In this document: positions 1-9,851 of the stretch, in pieces
Position numbering within the stretch: the first letter of the stretch is position 1
Layout of the letters: each line of letters opens with the position of its first letter
Source: a virus
Taxonomy: Duplodnaviria > Caudoviricetes
DNA: 64,000 nt
Strand: one strand, 5' to 3'
Virus record (IMG/VR): IMGVR_UViG_3300036958_000333
Location: 128,001-192,000 of that record
Program-made: the position numbers and the translations under genes
The notes under the pieces: model-generated
Database searches by the model: none
Told to the model about the DNA's origin: nothing
Seen by the model: the letters and a program-made list of their open reading frames with translations, nothing else

Positions 1-100
1 TTCACCAAAATGGACTAAAATATATTTAAAAAGATTAATTAGAGAAGGTATTCCTGTTAAAGGAACAGGATTTGAAAAAATAAATAAAAGTAATTTATAA
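1..100 (+). CDS. 3' end of a CDS entering from outside the window
   Basis: Frame 2 is open from the window edge (SPKWTKIYLKRLIREG...KSNL) to TAA at 98-100, convergent with the next gene. Confidence 0.55.
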   Translation, partial: SPKWTKIYLKRLIREGIPVKGTGFEKINKSNL

Positions 101-102
101 TT

Positions 103-1125
103 TCAAGGAATAATAGGCTGAATAATATCTTTTTTAAACGAAATAATGTCAATATTTTTATATCTTTTACAAACTTCAATCATTGATTTTGGATATTGAT
201 CATATTTATCTAAATCTGTTATCCACATATTTTCATATTTATATTCTCCCATTTCTATTGCATTAGTGTAATATTTACTTGCATTATTGAAATTTTTCAT
301 TTTTATATATATATCTCCTAAAAGACACCAAAATTCAGCAATATTACAGTTTAAAACAAGTTGTCCAAACAATATATCAATAGCTTTTTTATATTGTTCT
401 ATTTCATTTGTATAAATCCAAGCTATTAAATATCTCATATAAATCTTTTTAACATCAACTTGAGTAATATTATAATTATATAAAAATCTTTCTGCATGAT
501 ATAATGCTTTCATTTGTTTATCTATTAAATGATATTCAATTGCTAAATAAAAATGATTTTCTGGATTGTTTGGATCAAATTCGACTTCTTGTTCTAATAT
601 AGATATATTTCTAATATGAGATTGAATATTATCATGTACATTATGATATATCTCAATATCATAATGATTTTTAGGATAATTTTTAGGTATTATTCTTTCA
701 TGAATTTTATTTTTCCATCTTATTTCTGGATTATTAAAAAACATTCTTATTTGACCCATTCTTGATGATCCATGAATAAGTTTAAAAGTATGATATAAAT
801 TTTTTGGATTATTATCTACTAAATCTTTTATTTTTTGTATAGAATCTTTTATTATATATTCATCAGAATCTATCCACATGATCCAATCTGTAGTGCTTTT
901 TTCTATTGCAAAATTTCTTGCTTTTGAAAAATCATTATTCCATGTATATTCATAAATAGATTTATCAAAATATTTTTTACATAATTCATATTCATTAGAT
1001 TCTTTATTTCCAGTAAATACTATTACAACATCACATTCAAGTTCTTTAATTGAATCAAGACATTGTTTTAAATAAACTTCATTTTCTTTAGTTATTAAAT
1101 TTATTGTTAGATTTCTCTTTTTCAT
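103..1125 (-). CDS. GT2-family glycosyltransferase with C-terminal TPR repeats
   Basis: ITKENE..LKQCLDSI, WNNDFSKARNFAI, WIDSDE (DxD), W..KIHE; TPR-like helices (AEFWCLLGDIY...A..YY..A). Confidence 0.85.
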   Translation of the reverse strand: MKKRNLTINLITKENEVYLKQCLDSIKELECDVVIVFTGNKESNEYELCKKYFDKSIYEYTWNNDFSKARNFAIEKSTTDWIMWIDSDEYIIKDSIQKIKDLVDNNPKNLYHTFKLIHGSSRMGQIRMFFNNPEIRWKNKIHERIIPKNYPKNHYDIEIYHNVHDNIQSHIRNISILEQEVEFDPNNPENHFYLAIEYHLIDKQMKALYHAERFLYNYNITQVDVKKIYMRYLIAWIYTNEIEQYKKAIDILFGQLVLNCNIAEFWCLLGDIYIKMKNFNNASKYYTNAIEMGEYKYENMWITDLDKYDQYPKSMIEVCKRYKNIDIISFKKDIIQPIIP

Positions 1126-1372
1126 ATGTTAACTCTATTAATTTATTATAATTTAATATTTTTTGTTCATCATTATCCATATTTTTAGCAACATTAAAAC
1201 ATCCTCTGCTTTGAGAGTACATTCCTAAATTAAAATAACAATATCCACATAAATCATATTCCCATTGAAGATTTGGATTAATAGACATACATTTAAAGCA
1301 AGATTCTAAACATTCTTTATATTTTTTGTTATTATAAAAAATTTTTGCTTCTTTTTCTAAATCTTTTTCCAT
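1088..1372 (-). CDS. small TPR-repeat protein
   Basis: YDLCGYCYFNLGMYSQSRGCFNVA fits a TPR consensus; overlaps the downstream GT2-TPR gene. Confidence 0.65.
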   Translation of the reverse strand: MEKDLEKEAKIFYNNKKYKECLESCFKCMSINPNLQWEYDLCGYCYFNLGMYSQSRGCFNVAKNMDNDEQKILNYNKLIELTYEKEKSNNKFNN

Positions 1373-1806
1373 ATATATTACACGAAAATATTACAAAAGT
1401 TTACATTTTTTTATGTATTATACTATTATAATATAGATGATTGGTTTAGTAAAAAAAGAAATAAAAATATCAAAAAATAATTATCATATTAAATTCAAGA
1501 AAATAATATTATTTTTATTACAAAATTTTTATTTAACATATAACAATAAACATATTATAAAAAATAAACATAAAATAACATTTAACTTAAAATTGATTTT
1601 TAATTTTTTACAAGAATATATAAACATTAAATTCAAGTCTAAAAGGTCGTTTGTAAATTCTAAAAAAAATATAATATAAAGTAATTATAAAAAAATTATA
1701 TGAAAATGAAAAGTAAGATTAATTATATTAAATTTGAATGAAGTGAATGAAAAGTGGGACAAAGCATGAGAGAAAAAAATTTTTTCATAAAAGGTAAAAA
1801 TAGCAT

Positions 1807-2235
1807 ATGTCCCCTGAATATCTTAATAATAAAGACTTTGAAGTGTTAATTAGAAAATATTTAAAAAATAAAAATGATGAAGATATGAAAAACGAAATCA
1901 CTCTTTGTTTTTATTTGCTTGCAGAAAATATAATAAAAGCATTTAATTTTAAACTTATAGATAAAGAAGATGCATTACAAGAAGGTGTTTTAATATGTTT
2001 TTCAAAACTATATATGTTTAATTCTTCTAAAGGAAAAGCTTTTAATTGGTTTACAACTATAATATTAAATCATTATAGACAATTATATAGATCTTGTAAA
2101 AACGATATAAGTTTAAAGAAAAAATATTTAGAAAGACAGGAGATGAATCATGAGACGGCCGAATTTAAAGGGCAATCTACCGAATTTGTTGAAAATATCA
2201 CGAATAGAATTAGACGAAATACTGAACAATATTAA
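1807..2235 (+). CDS. gp55: T4 gp55-like late-transcription sigma factor (region 2 only)
   Basis: EYLNNKDF, LLAENIIKAFNF, EDALQEGVL..F, KGKAFNWFTTIILN resemble gp55/sigma region 2 motifs; 142 aa. Confidence 0.7.
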   Translation: MSPEYLNNKDFEVLIRKYLKNKNDEDMKNEITLCFYLLAENIIKAFNFKLIDKEDALQEGVLICFSKLYMFNSSKGKAFNWFTTIILNHYRQLYRSCKNDISLKKKYLERQEMNHETAEFKGQSTEFVENITNRIRRNTEQY

Positions 2236-2404
2236 ACAAAAAGGACATTTACATAAAAAATTAATTAAAATATTACTAGAAGAAGAATCCGTTTATACTA
2301 ATCAAGGTAGATTAAACAAATCTTCATTGTCAAGGATTATGAATATGAAACCTAAAGATCTAGATTCTCTATTATTTGATTGCCAAAAAGAAATGGTAAA
2401 ATGA
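2150..2404 (+). CDS. hypothetical protein, possible C-terminal HTH
   Basis: GRLNKSSLSRIMNMKPKDLDSLL is HTH-like; overlaps the sigma gene. Confidence 0.55.
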   Translation: MRRPNLKGNLPNLLKISRIELDEILNNIKQKGHLHKKLIKILLEEESVYTNQGRLNKSSLSRIMNMKPKDLDSLLFDCQKEMVK

Positions 2405-2694
2405 AAAGTAAATTTAAAAAACAAGAAATAAATAAAGAAATATCAAAAGAAATTAGAAAATTTTTTAATGAAAATGAAATAAACATAGATGAAATGCTTT
2501 TATTTGAAAAACATAATACTGAAAACATAATTGAGTTAATAAAAGAAATAGAAAATATTAATGATAATCACAAAATATTAATATTCTCTATGTTATTAGA
2601 ACTTAGACAACAAATAAAAAGTATTCAAATAAATCAAACAGAAATTAGCAAACAAATAGAAGAAATAAAAAACTTAACCAGTAGCAACACCTGA
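2380..2694 (+). CDS. hypothetical coiled-coil protein
   Basis: ORF track; heptad-like C-terminus; start may be 2401. Confidence 0.55.
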   Translation: MPKRNGKMKSKFKKQEINKEISKEIRKFFNENEINIDEMLLFEKHNTENIIELIKEIENINDNHKILIFSMLLELRQQIKSIQINQTEISKQIEEIKNLTSSNT

Positions 2695-3267
2695 GTTATT
2701 AATCAAAATAGCCCTATCATATCTTAACGTAAATTTTACGTCCAAAACATCAGAATTACTCATATCTAATTCTCCCCAGTCTATATCAATAGGCCAACAT
2801 GCCTGTAATTCCCATTGTTCTATATTTCTACCATGACCATCTAATAATATAATTCTCGCGGTCCTTTTAGGATAAATCACATACGGTCCTGTTATATTAG
2901 ACTGCTCGGCTGATGGACTGACTATTCCTTTTTTAGGATCATAAAAAACAGTCATCCATTTATATAAATAATCATCATCTTTAAGATCATAAACTGTTAT
3001 ATTCATAGGAATCCATTCGGCTTTTGCTGGAATATGAATTTTTTCTATAGTATGTTCTATTTCTTGTTCATTAAATCTCATTTTTGGTCTACTTGTTATT
3101 TTACATATATGCCCTTGTTTATTATAAAACGTTGATGGTTTTATAACATCTTCTATAAAAAATAACCATCTAAATTTTCTTTTAAAAACAATAGAGTCGT
3201 CTCCTAACCGTCCTATTGACATGCTAGTAATAGGAGACGACCCATTATTTGAATTATGATTTGGCAT
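2674..3267 (-). CDS. gp19: tail tube protein (gp19-like), paralog 2
   Basis: FKRKFRW, AEWIPMNITVYD, LLDGHG..IEQWELQACWP..IDWGELD, FTLRYD. Confidence 0.85.
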   Translation of the reverse strand: MPNHNSNNGSSPITSMSIGRLGDDSIVFKRKFRWLFFIEDVIKPSTFYNKQGHICKITSRPKMRFNEQEIEHTIEKIHIPAKAEWIPMNITVYDLKDDDYLYKWMTVFYDPKKGIVSPSAEQSNITGPYVIYPKRTARIILLDGHGRNIEQWELQACWPIDIDWGELDMSNSDVLDVKFTLRYDRAILINNSGVATG

Positions 3268-3283
3268 AATATATATACTTTAC

Positions 3284-3913
3284 TTATGCATGGTTATGTG
3301 ATTGTAAAGATACATTTTGTCCTGGTCCTAAAACAAACTTTGCTCTATCAAATGCACATGTTACAGCTACATCAACTGTATCCGAAGAAGCCATATCAAG
3401 ATCTCCAAAGTTTGTACTCTTTGGCCAAGCTCCAATAATATACCATGTTTCTAATACCCCACCATGTCCATCTAACATATACAATGTAATATCTTGTTTG
3501 TATTCATTATCTATATCGCCCATATCTAACCAATTATATCCTTGTGTTTCCACATTACTATCTCCAGAAAAATACCAAACTCTACTTAACCATTGGGCTA
3601 ATATTAAATCAGATCCATGATCATTATCCATTATGTGTACATCATAAATTGTCAAGTTTAAATCTTCCCATGAAGATTTTCCAGACAAATGATGTTTTTC
3701 ATGTAAGAAATGAATTGCTGTATCTTCAAATGTTAATGTAGGTCTTTTAGAAACTTTACAGTACCACATAGTTTCTGGTTTATCGGCGCTAGTTGGAAAT
3801 TGTCCTGCATTATTAGGTTCTGTTCCTTTACTTAATGTCATTATCCATCTAAATTTTCTTTTAAATAATGCGGTATTTGCTCCAATATCGCCTATTCCCA
3901 TTGATATTGCCAT
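3284..3913 (-). CDS. gp19: tail tube protein (gp19-like), paralog 1
   Basis: FKRKFRW, GKSSWEDLNLTIYD, MLDGHGGVLETWYIIGAWP..TNFGDLD; directly downstream of the sheath; AAGGAG RBS. Confidence 0.9.
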   Translation of the reverse strand: MAISMGIGDIGANTALFKRKFRWIMTLSKGTEPNNAGQFPTSADKPETMWYCKVSKRPTLTFEDTAIHFLHEKHHLSGKSSWEDLNLTIYDVHIMDNDHGSDLILAQWLSRVWYFSGDSNVETQGYNWLDMGDIDNEYKQDITLYMLDGHGGVLETWYIIGAWPKSTNFGDLDMASSDTVDVAVTCAFDRAKFVLGPGQNVSLQSHNHA

Positions 3914-3995
3914 TTTTTATCTCCTTATATTATAAAATAATTATACTGTTATATATAATATACATATAAAATTCTTAAAAAAGAATCCAACATTT

Positions 3996-6626
3996 TTACA
4001 TGTTGGATTCTTCAAATGAACCAGTTCTATGAATAGTAAATTCAATAAATATAAATTCAGCTGTTTTAGTTGGTTGAATTCCTATTCTAGCTCTCATCTC
4101 ATTCCTATCAACAACCTCAGGAGGATTTAATTCTTCATCACATTTTATAATATAATTATAAATACCTCTTCCTTCTTTTACATTATCTAATATTGTAGAA
4201 GCTATTCTTACAAACTGAGATCTTAAAATAGAATCATGTGGTTCAAATAATAAATATCTAGATCTATCTTTAAATGTTTTTTCGAGATATAACATTAATC
4301 TTCTTACATTAACTCTATCTAAAGCCGTAGAAGCTCTCTGTAACGTTTTTTGCCCCCAAACAGTAGGTCCATCTACAGGGAATGGAACAATAACATTAAC
4401 AGAATTTCCACTTCCATATAATGCGTCTCGTTGTGTTAAATATGCATATGTTTCTACTTCTAATACTGTAGGTATTCTTCCTCTTCTGAGACCAGCTGGA
4501 GCAGCCCAAACGTTTGCTATTCTTTCAGATCCAGCATAAACACCTAGAATAGATCCTGTAGGAGGAACCCAAACTTCTACAGAATTAAATGGATCTTTTA
4601 TTTTAACCCATGGCCAATAAAGAGCCGCATAAGAAGAATTAAGTTTTCTATTATTTAATAAATGTTCTCCGTTATGCCATTTTCTAACATTTACAGAATC
4701 TAAACCATAAGGAGAATCTATAATAGCCATACAGTCTCTTCTAGCCACCGAACATAATTCAATTAATCCACTCATAACAGAAGTTGAATTAATAGCTGGA
4801 ACAGCTACTAAATCTATATCTATTTTTTCTGGTTCTGATAATGCATTTAAACCAGTACCTAATTCAACATTACCAAGAATTAATTTATCTATTTGTTCTG
4901 TATCAGGAAGTCCACCTATATATGGATAACCATCAGATCCAGATGTTGAACTTGTTTGACCCAAAGAATATGTTCCTTTTTTAGGAGCACCTAAAACATT
5001 TGTTTCGTGAACTATGTGAATATAATCAGAAACACCATTAATCCATTCTTCTATATAATAAGGATTATTAGTAGTTGTAAAATCAAGATTTAGATTTCCA
5101 TGAGACTCAACAAACACAGTATTATGATAAATAAATAATGAAATATTTCCTTCTTGATTGATATCTAAAACAACCTTGGTATCATTTCCAAATAATCCTG
5201 GAGAATCTGCCCATATTGTAAATATTGTTGGGGCTACTCCACTATTATATTCATCACCAATTGATTTACCAATATCATCAATGTAATTTCCTGTTGCTGT
5301 GTCTGGATCTCCGTCAATTAATTCTCGAGTAGAAACTAATACTGGAGTTTTTCCAGTAACTGCGCTTGGATTAAAACCTAATATTTCATCAACAATATGA
5401 GAATATGATTGAACTTGAACAAGAGCATCAACTCCTCTAATATAATTTATTCCACCAACTAAATCACTTGGAACCACTAATGGATCTCCAAGTGAGTCTG
5501 TATAATATTTTCCAGTATATAACTGAACAAATGATTTTCCGTCAGAAGTTGATATTTTTGCTCTAAATCCACCGGGAATATTTTCACCATGCATTGTAGG
5601 ATTATCAATCCACCAATTAATAAAATCAACAATATTTTGGGCAGTAACGATTGGGCCACCAATTCCTGTTTCTGAACCAGATCCATCCCAGCCAACTCTA
5701 TTAACAGTTACATATGCTCCACCAGATGGATCTGTATTAAATGGATGAACCAAGTCATTAAACGGTATAACCTGAACAATATTATCTATATTAGGATTAC
5801 CAGTTCCAGTAACTCTTACTTTCAATGTTGGATTAATATGTCCAGAAAAATCAAACCCAACAATAGAAGACCCGATTGGCCATTGGTAATTTTTTCCGGT
5901 TATTTTTGAATAAGTCATTTTTTTACCAATACCAATAGTATCATAAATATCATCTTCAACTGAAATTAATTCTATAGAAGCATCTTCACCATATCTATTA
6001 TTAGTTCTAAATGCTAATGTTGGATTAGATTCAGGATATTCAAAAGCTTCTATTCCATCTTCATTTTTTAATAAATTATTAAAAGTATCGACCAAATTAG
6101 GAGTAGATCCTCCTTGGTCTGTTAAAGTATATGTTCCAGCTGGAATAGTAATTAATTTTTTATATAAACTGCCATTTACTGAAAATCTGAAATTATCATT
6201 TACATCTTTTACAATTTCAACTTCAGTAGATCCGTTCTTTTTAGAACGAATGACTGCTGCTAAACCAGATATTGGAACTTCAACATAGGCGGTTTTAGCA
6301 AAATTATCCCAATCTGTCTCGTCAGTACATCCAACTCTTAATATCCATAATTCATTTCCATACTTTAAAAATTCAATTGCAGCATATAATAAATAAGAAC
6401 CATGATCAGCTGTAGGATCAGGATATCCAAATTTCCTATACAACTCTTCATGATTAAAAACCTGAGTAGGTTCATTTAATGGACCTTTAGACGCAAAGCC
6501 TACTAGAGCGGCCTTAGAAAACGATCTACCCGGAACATATGCAGAAAAATCCGTCTCGAGAAGTCTAACACTTGGTGAAATTGTCGCACTAGGCGGAAAT
6601 CCAACTAGTTCTGTTAATGAAGCCAT
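3996..6626 (-). CDS. gp18: contractile tail sheath protein (gp18-like), 876 aa
   Basis: SPSVRLLETDFS, GFASKGP, YAALYWPW, WAAPAGLRRG, WGQKTL...ALDRVNVRRL, FEPHD, CDEELNP, IQPTKTAEFI; AAGGAG RBS. Confidence 0.95.
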   Translation of the reverse strand: MASLTELVGFPPSATISPSVRLLETDFSAYVPGRSFSKAALVGFASKGPLNEPTQVFNHEELYRKFGYPDPTADHGSYLLYAAIEFLKYGNELWILRVGCTDETDWDNFAKTAYVEVPISGLAAVIRSKKNGSTEVEIVKDVNDNFRFSVNGSLYKKLITIPAGTYTLTDQGGSTPNLVDTFNNLLKNEDGIEAFEYPESNPTLAFRTNNRYGEDASIELISVEDDIYDTIGIGKKMTYSKITGKNYQWPIGSSIVGFDFSGHINPTLKVRVTGTGNPNIDNIVQVIPFNDLVHPFNTDPSGGAYVTVNRVGWDGSGSETGIGGPIVTAQNIVDFINWWIDNPTMHGENIPGGFRAKISTSDGKSFVQLYTGKYYTDSLGDPLVVPSDLVGGINYIRGVDALVQVQSYSHIVDEILGFNPSAVTGKTPVLVSTRELIDGDPDTATGNYIDDIGKSIGDEYNSGVAPTIFTIWADSPGLFGNDTKVVLDINQEGNISLFIYHNTVFVESHGNLNLDFTTTNNPYYIEEWINGVSDYIHIVHETNVLGAPKKGTYSLGQTSSTSGSDGYPYIGGLPDTEQIDKLILGNVELGTGLNALSEPEKIDIDLVAVPAINSTSVMSGLIELCSVARRDCMAIIDSPYGLDSVNVRKWHNGEHLLNNRKLNSSYAALYWPWVKIKDPFNSVEVWVPPTGSILGVYAGSERIANVWAAPAGLRRGRIPTVLEVETYAYLTQRDALYGSGNSVNVIVPFPVDGPTVWGQKTLQRASTALDRVNVRRLMLYLEKTFKDRSRYLLFEPHDSILRSQFVRIASTILDNVKEGRGIYNYIIKCDEELNPPEVVDRNEMRARIGIQPTKTAEFIFIEFTIHRTGSFEESNM

Positions 6627-6714
6627 ATTTTAATCTCCTTTATTTAAAATTACAAATCTTTTAGATTGATTTGTTTTTATTAATTTTATATATTGTTTTT
6701 TTTTCAAAAAATAA

Positions 6715-6796
6715 TGCCTTTTTGTAAAAATTTAAGTTAAGTATATAATTACACTTAATTTTTTATTAATTTTACTTAAACCTTTACAAAAAGGCA
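6715..6796. repeat. long inverted repeat/hairpin between divergent genes
   Basis: TGCCTTTTTGTAAA (6715-6728) and TTTACAAAAAGGCA (6783-6796) are perfect complements; inner TTTAAGT/ACTTAAA arms. Confidence 0.85.
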
Positions 6797-6804
6797 CATT
6801 AATG

Positions 6805-6812
6805 TTAAGCGA
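6805..6812 (+). promoter_or_regulatory. recurrent TTAAGCGA upstream motif (copy 1)
   Basis: The same octamer lies 5' of ORFs at 13650, 14792, 47903-47910 (-) and 58982. Confidence 0.5.
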
Positions 6813-6876
6813 TATTGTTAGTAGTATATATTAATTTCATCAAAAATTTTTTTATAAATTTCAAAGAGTTTATTTT

Positions 6877-8952
6877 ATGTCTTATGAAGATGAAATAAAA
6901 AATTGGATTAAAAACAATTTATATAAAAAAGATAGTTCAATTAATGTAATAAAAATTAGAGAATATAATTTTAAACTAAGATATCCTAATAAATTAAATG
7001 AAATTATATTACTTACATCATTTTTAGATATAAATGTTAGTATATCCGAAAGAATATATTGTATTTTAAATGACATTATTGAAAAGAAAAAATGTTTAGA
7101 GTGTGGATGTTTTGTTAATTTTCATTCATATACTAGAGGTTATAATATTTATTGTTCTAAGGATTGTAAAAATAAATCTAAAGTCGTTCAGGATAAGATG
7201 AAAAAAACATGTTTAGAGAGATATGGAGTTGATAATGTTTTAAAAGATAAAGAGAAAATGAAGAAATCTATTATGTACAAGTACGGAGTTGAGAATGTTT
7301 TCCAGTCTGATTTTATTAAGGATAAGATAAAAAAGACTTGTTTAGAGAGATATGGTGTAGAAAATATTTCTTCAAATGAAGATATAAAAAACAAGAAAAA
7401 AGAGACTATGATAAAAAATTTTGGCGTTGAATATGTATTACAAAATGAGGATATTAAAAATAAGGTTAAGAATACAAACTTGGAGAGATATGGTGTTGAC
7501 AATGTATTTAAAAATAAAACAATTAGAGAAAAGATTAAAAAAACTATGTTAAAAAAATATGGTGTTGACAATGCATTTAAGGATAGGGAAAAGATAAAAA
7601 ATATAATGATAGAAAAATATGGCGTTGAGCATTCATTGCAAAATGAAGATATTAAGAATAAGGTTAAAAATACAAATTTAGAAAGATATGGTGTTGAAAA
7701 TGTTTTTCAATCAAAAAATATTAAAGAAAAGATTAAAGAAACTATTTTAGAGAAATATAATGTTGAAAATATTTTTCAGTCAGAGAGTATTAAAAAAAAG
7801 ATTAAAAACACAATGATAGAAAAATATGGAGTAAAACATGCCTTGCAAAATAAAGATATTAAAAATAAAGAGAAAAATACAAATTTGGAAAGATATGGCG
7901 TCGATTGTATATTTAAAGATAAAAACTATAGAGATAAAATTATTAAAACTAACAAAAAAATATATAATGTTCCAAATTATTCTCAGTCTCATTGGAACAA
8001 AGAAACATTAGAAAAAATAAATAATAAAGAATTTTTGGAAAAAGAATATTTATTAAATAAAAAAAGCTCTAGAAAAATAGCCAACGAAATTAACGTATCA
8101 CAGTTTTGTTTGCTTAATAAACTTCATTTTTTTAATATTCCAATTCGTTATGAAATAGAGCGTTCTTCATATGAGCAAGAAATAGTTGATTTTATTAATT
8201 TACCTAATATATTAACAAATGTAAGAAATATTATACCGCCATATGAATTAGATATATACTTACCAGATTATAAGTTGGCTATTGAATTTAATGGTTTATA
8301 TTGGCATTCTACATTAAAAGACAATGATTATAAAGCAAAATTTAGGAATATAAATAAAACAAAATTATGTAACAATATTGGTATTAAATTATTTCATATT
8401 TTCGAAAACGAATGGTTAAATATTACAAAACAAGATATATGGAAATCCATTGTCAATAAAGAATTAGGAAGAAACCTAACAATAAATTCATCTGATTGTG
8501 ATATTAAATTATTAAATAATAATGAATTCATGGATTTTTTATATAGGAATAGTTTGAATAATTATATTAATTGTGATATAAATATTGGTTTTTATTATAA
8601 TAATGATTTAGTGTTTGTATCAGGGTTAAATAAAAATGATTTTGAATTTAATTTATTAGTTTTTTGCAATAAAGTTGGATATGATATAAAAAATTCTATG
8701 AAATTATTATTAGATTATTTAAAAAATAATTATAATTTTAAAATATTATTATCAATTTTTGATTTAAGATATTGTAATAATTTATATAAAGATTATGGTT
8801 TTTATTATGTTAAAAATTTAGATCCATCTTTTTATTATTTTGATTTTTATAATATAGACTTATTACCAAATTCTGATTTTAATAATAAATATAGAAAAAT
8901 ATGGGATTGTGGAAAAATTGTTTTAGCATTTAATAATAATAAAAATTTGTAA
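6877..8952 (+). mobile_element. free-standing homing endonuclease-like gene (Hef-like, PD-(D/E)xK/Vsr-like) with KYG repeats, copy 1
   Basis: SERIYCILN + Cys cluster; many (K/R)YGV(D/E)N repeats; HTH; ELDIYLPDYKLAIEFNGLYWH; HIFENEW; C-terminal IWDCG domain. Confidence 0.8.
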
Positions 8953-9018
8953 ATTTTATTTTAAATATATTGTATATATGATATAAATAGAAATTAATAA
9001 TATGATAGGATAGAAATA

Positions 9019-9849
9019 ATGAAAAATTTTAATGAATATATCGGTGGAACTAGAACTTCTCAAGGATCTCTTGATTTTTTATCAGAAGAAGAACAGTTAA
9101 AATTAATAAAAAAAAATCCTGATAATATAATCAATATCGCTAATCCTTCTGAAAAAGTACAATTATTTGCCGTTAAATTAAAACCTGAATCATTATATGA
9201 TATTGATAATCCTTATAAGTCTGTTATTAAATATTCAATACAAAAAGATTGTAGAATTATAAATTTTATTGAAAATAATAATTACTTAAAAAGAAAATTC
9301 AACGAATCAGAATTAGAAGAGTTATATTTAACTGTTATTAAATATTGTAATACCATACAAAGTCAAAGCGTAGAACATATGCAACAAATAGTTGATTCAA
9401 TCAGTATTGCTTGTAGTAATTTATCAGAAAAAAAACAAAAAAAATTAATCAAAAAAGATGAAAATTGGATAAAATATATTCATAAACCTTCTAAAGAATT
9501 ACAAATGATAGCAGTTAAACGAAATCATTTGTTAATACAATTTATTAAAAATCCTAGTTTAGAAATTCAATTAGAATCTGTTAAACAAGATATAAAATCT
9601 ATATTTTATATAAAAAAACCAGATAAAGAAGTTGCATTTTATTGTATAAAATGTGATCCAGATTTATTAAAAATAAAAAAAGAACAAGTTGATTATCAAA
9701 AACTTTCAAAAAATTATTTTCAACATTTACCATTAGAAGTTCAAAAAATGTTAGTAGAATATGATGTAACATTTACATTAATAATACCAAATTTACATCC
9801 TAGCTTAAAAACTGAACTAACTAATGTTAGAAATATGGGAGTATTTTAA
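9019..9849 (+). CDS. helical-repeat protein (DUF4116-like) with capsid-targeting-like N-terminus
   Basis: MKNFNEYI; repeated PS.(E/K).Q..AVK....I..I.NP units; paralog of 53597-54115 and 39250-39531; TATAAATA at 8982-8989. Confidence 0.7.
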   Translation: MKNFNEYIGGTRTSQGSLDFLSEEEQLKLIKKNPDNIINIANPSEKVQLFAVKLKPESLYDIDNPYKSVIKYSIQKDCRIINFIENNNYLKRKFNESELEELYLTVIKYCNTIQSQSVEHMQQIVDSISIACSNLSEKKQKKLIKKDENWIKYIHKPSKELQMIAVKRNHLLIQFIKNPSLEIQLESVKQDIKSIFYIKKPDKEVAFYCIKCDPDLLKIKKEQVDYQKLSKNYFQHLPLEVQKMLVEYDVTFTLIIPNLHPSLKTELTNVRNMGVF

Positions 9850-9851
9850 AA

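Noticed and set aside
1437..1679. 80-aa ORF
   Set aside because: Low-complexity K/I/N/F sequence with no RBS in an extremely AT-rich region; probably spurious
7188..7992. Antisense ORFs in endonuclease copy 1, and similar shadow ORFs (3256, 3544, 5477, 26666, 34212, 48387, 50164, 51120, 52568, 54185, 57065 and others)
   Set aside because: They lie inside well-supported genes and are explained by codon bias or repeats
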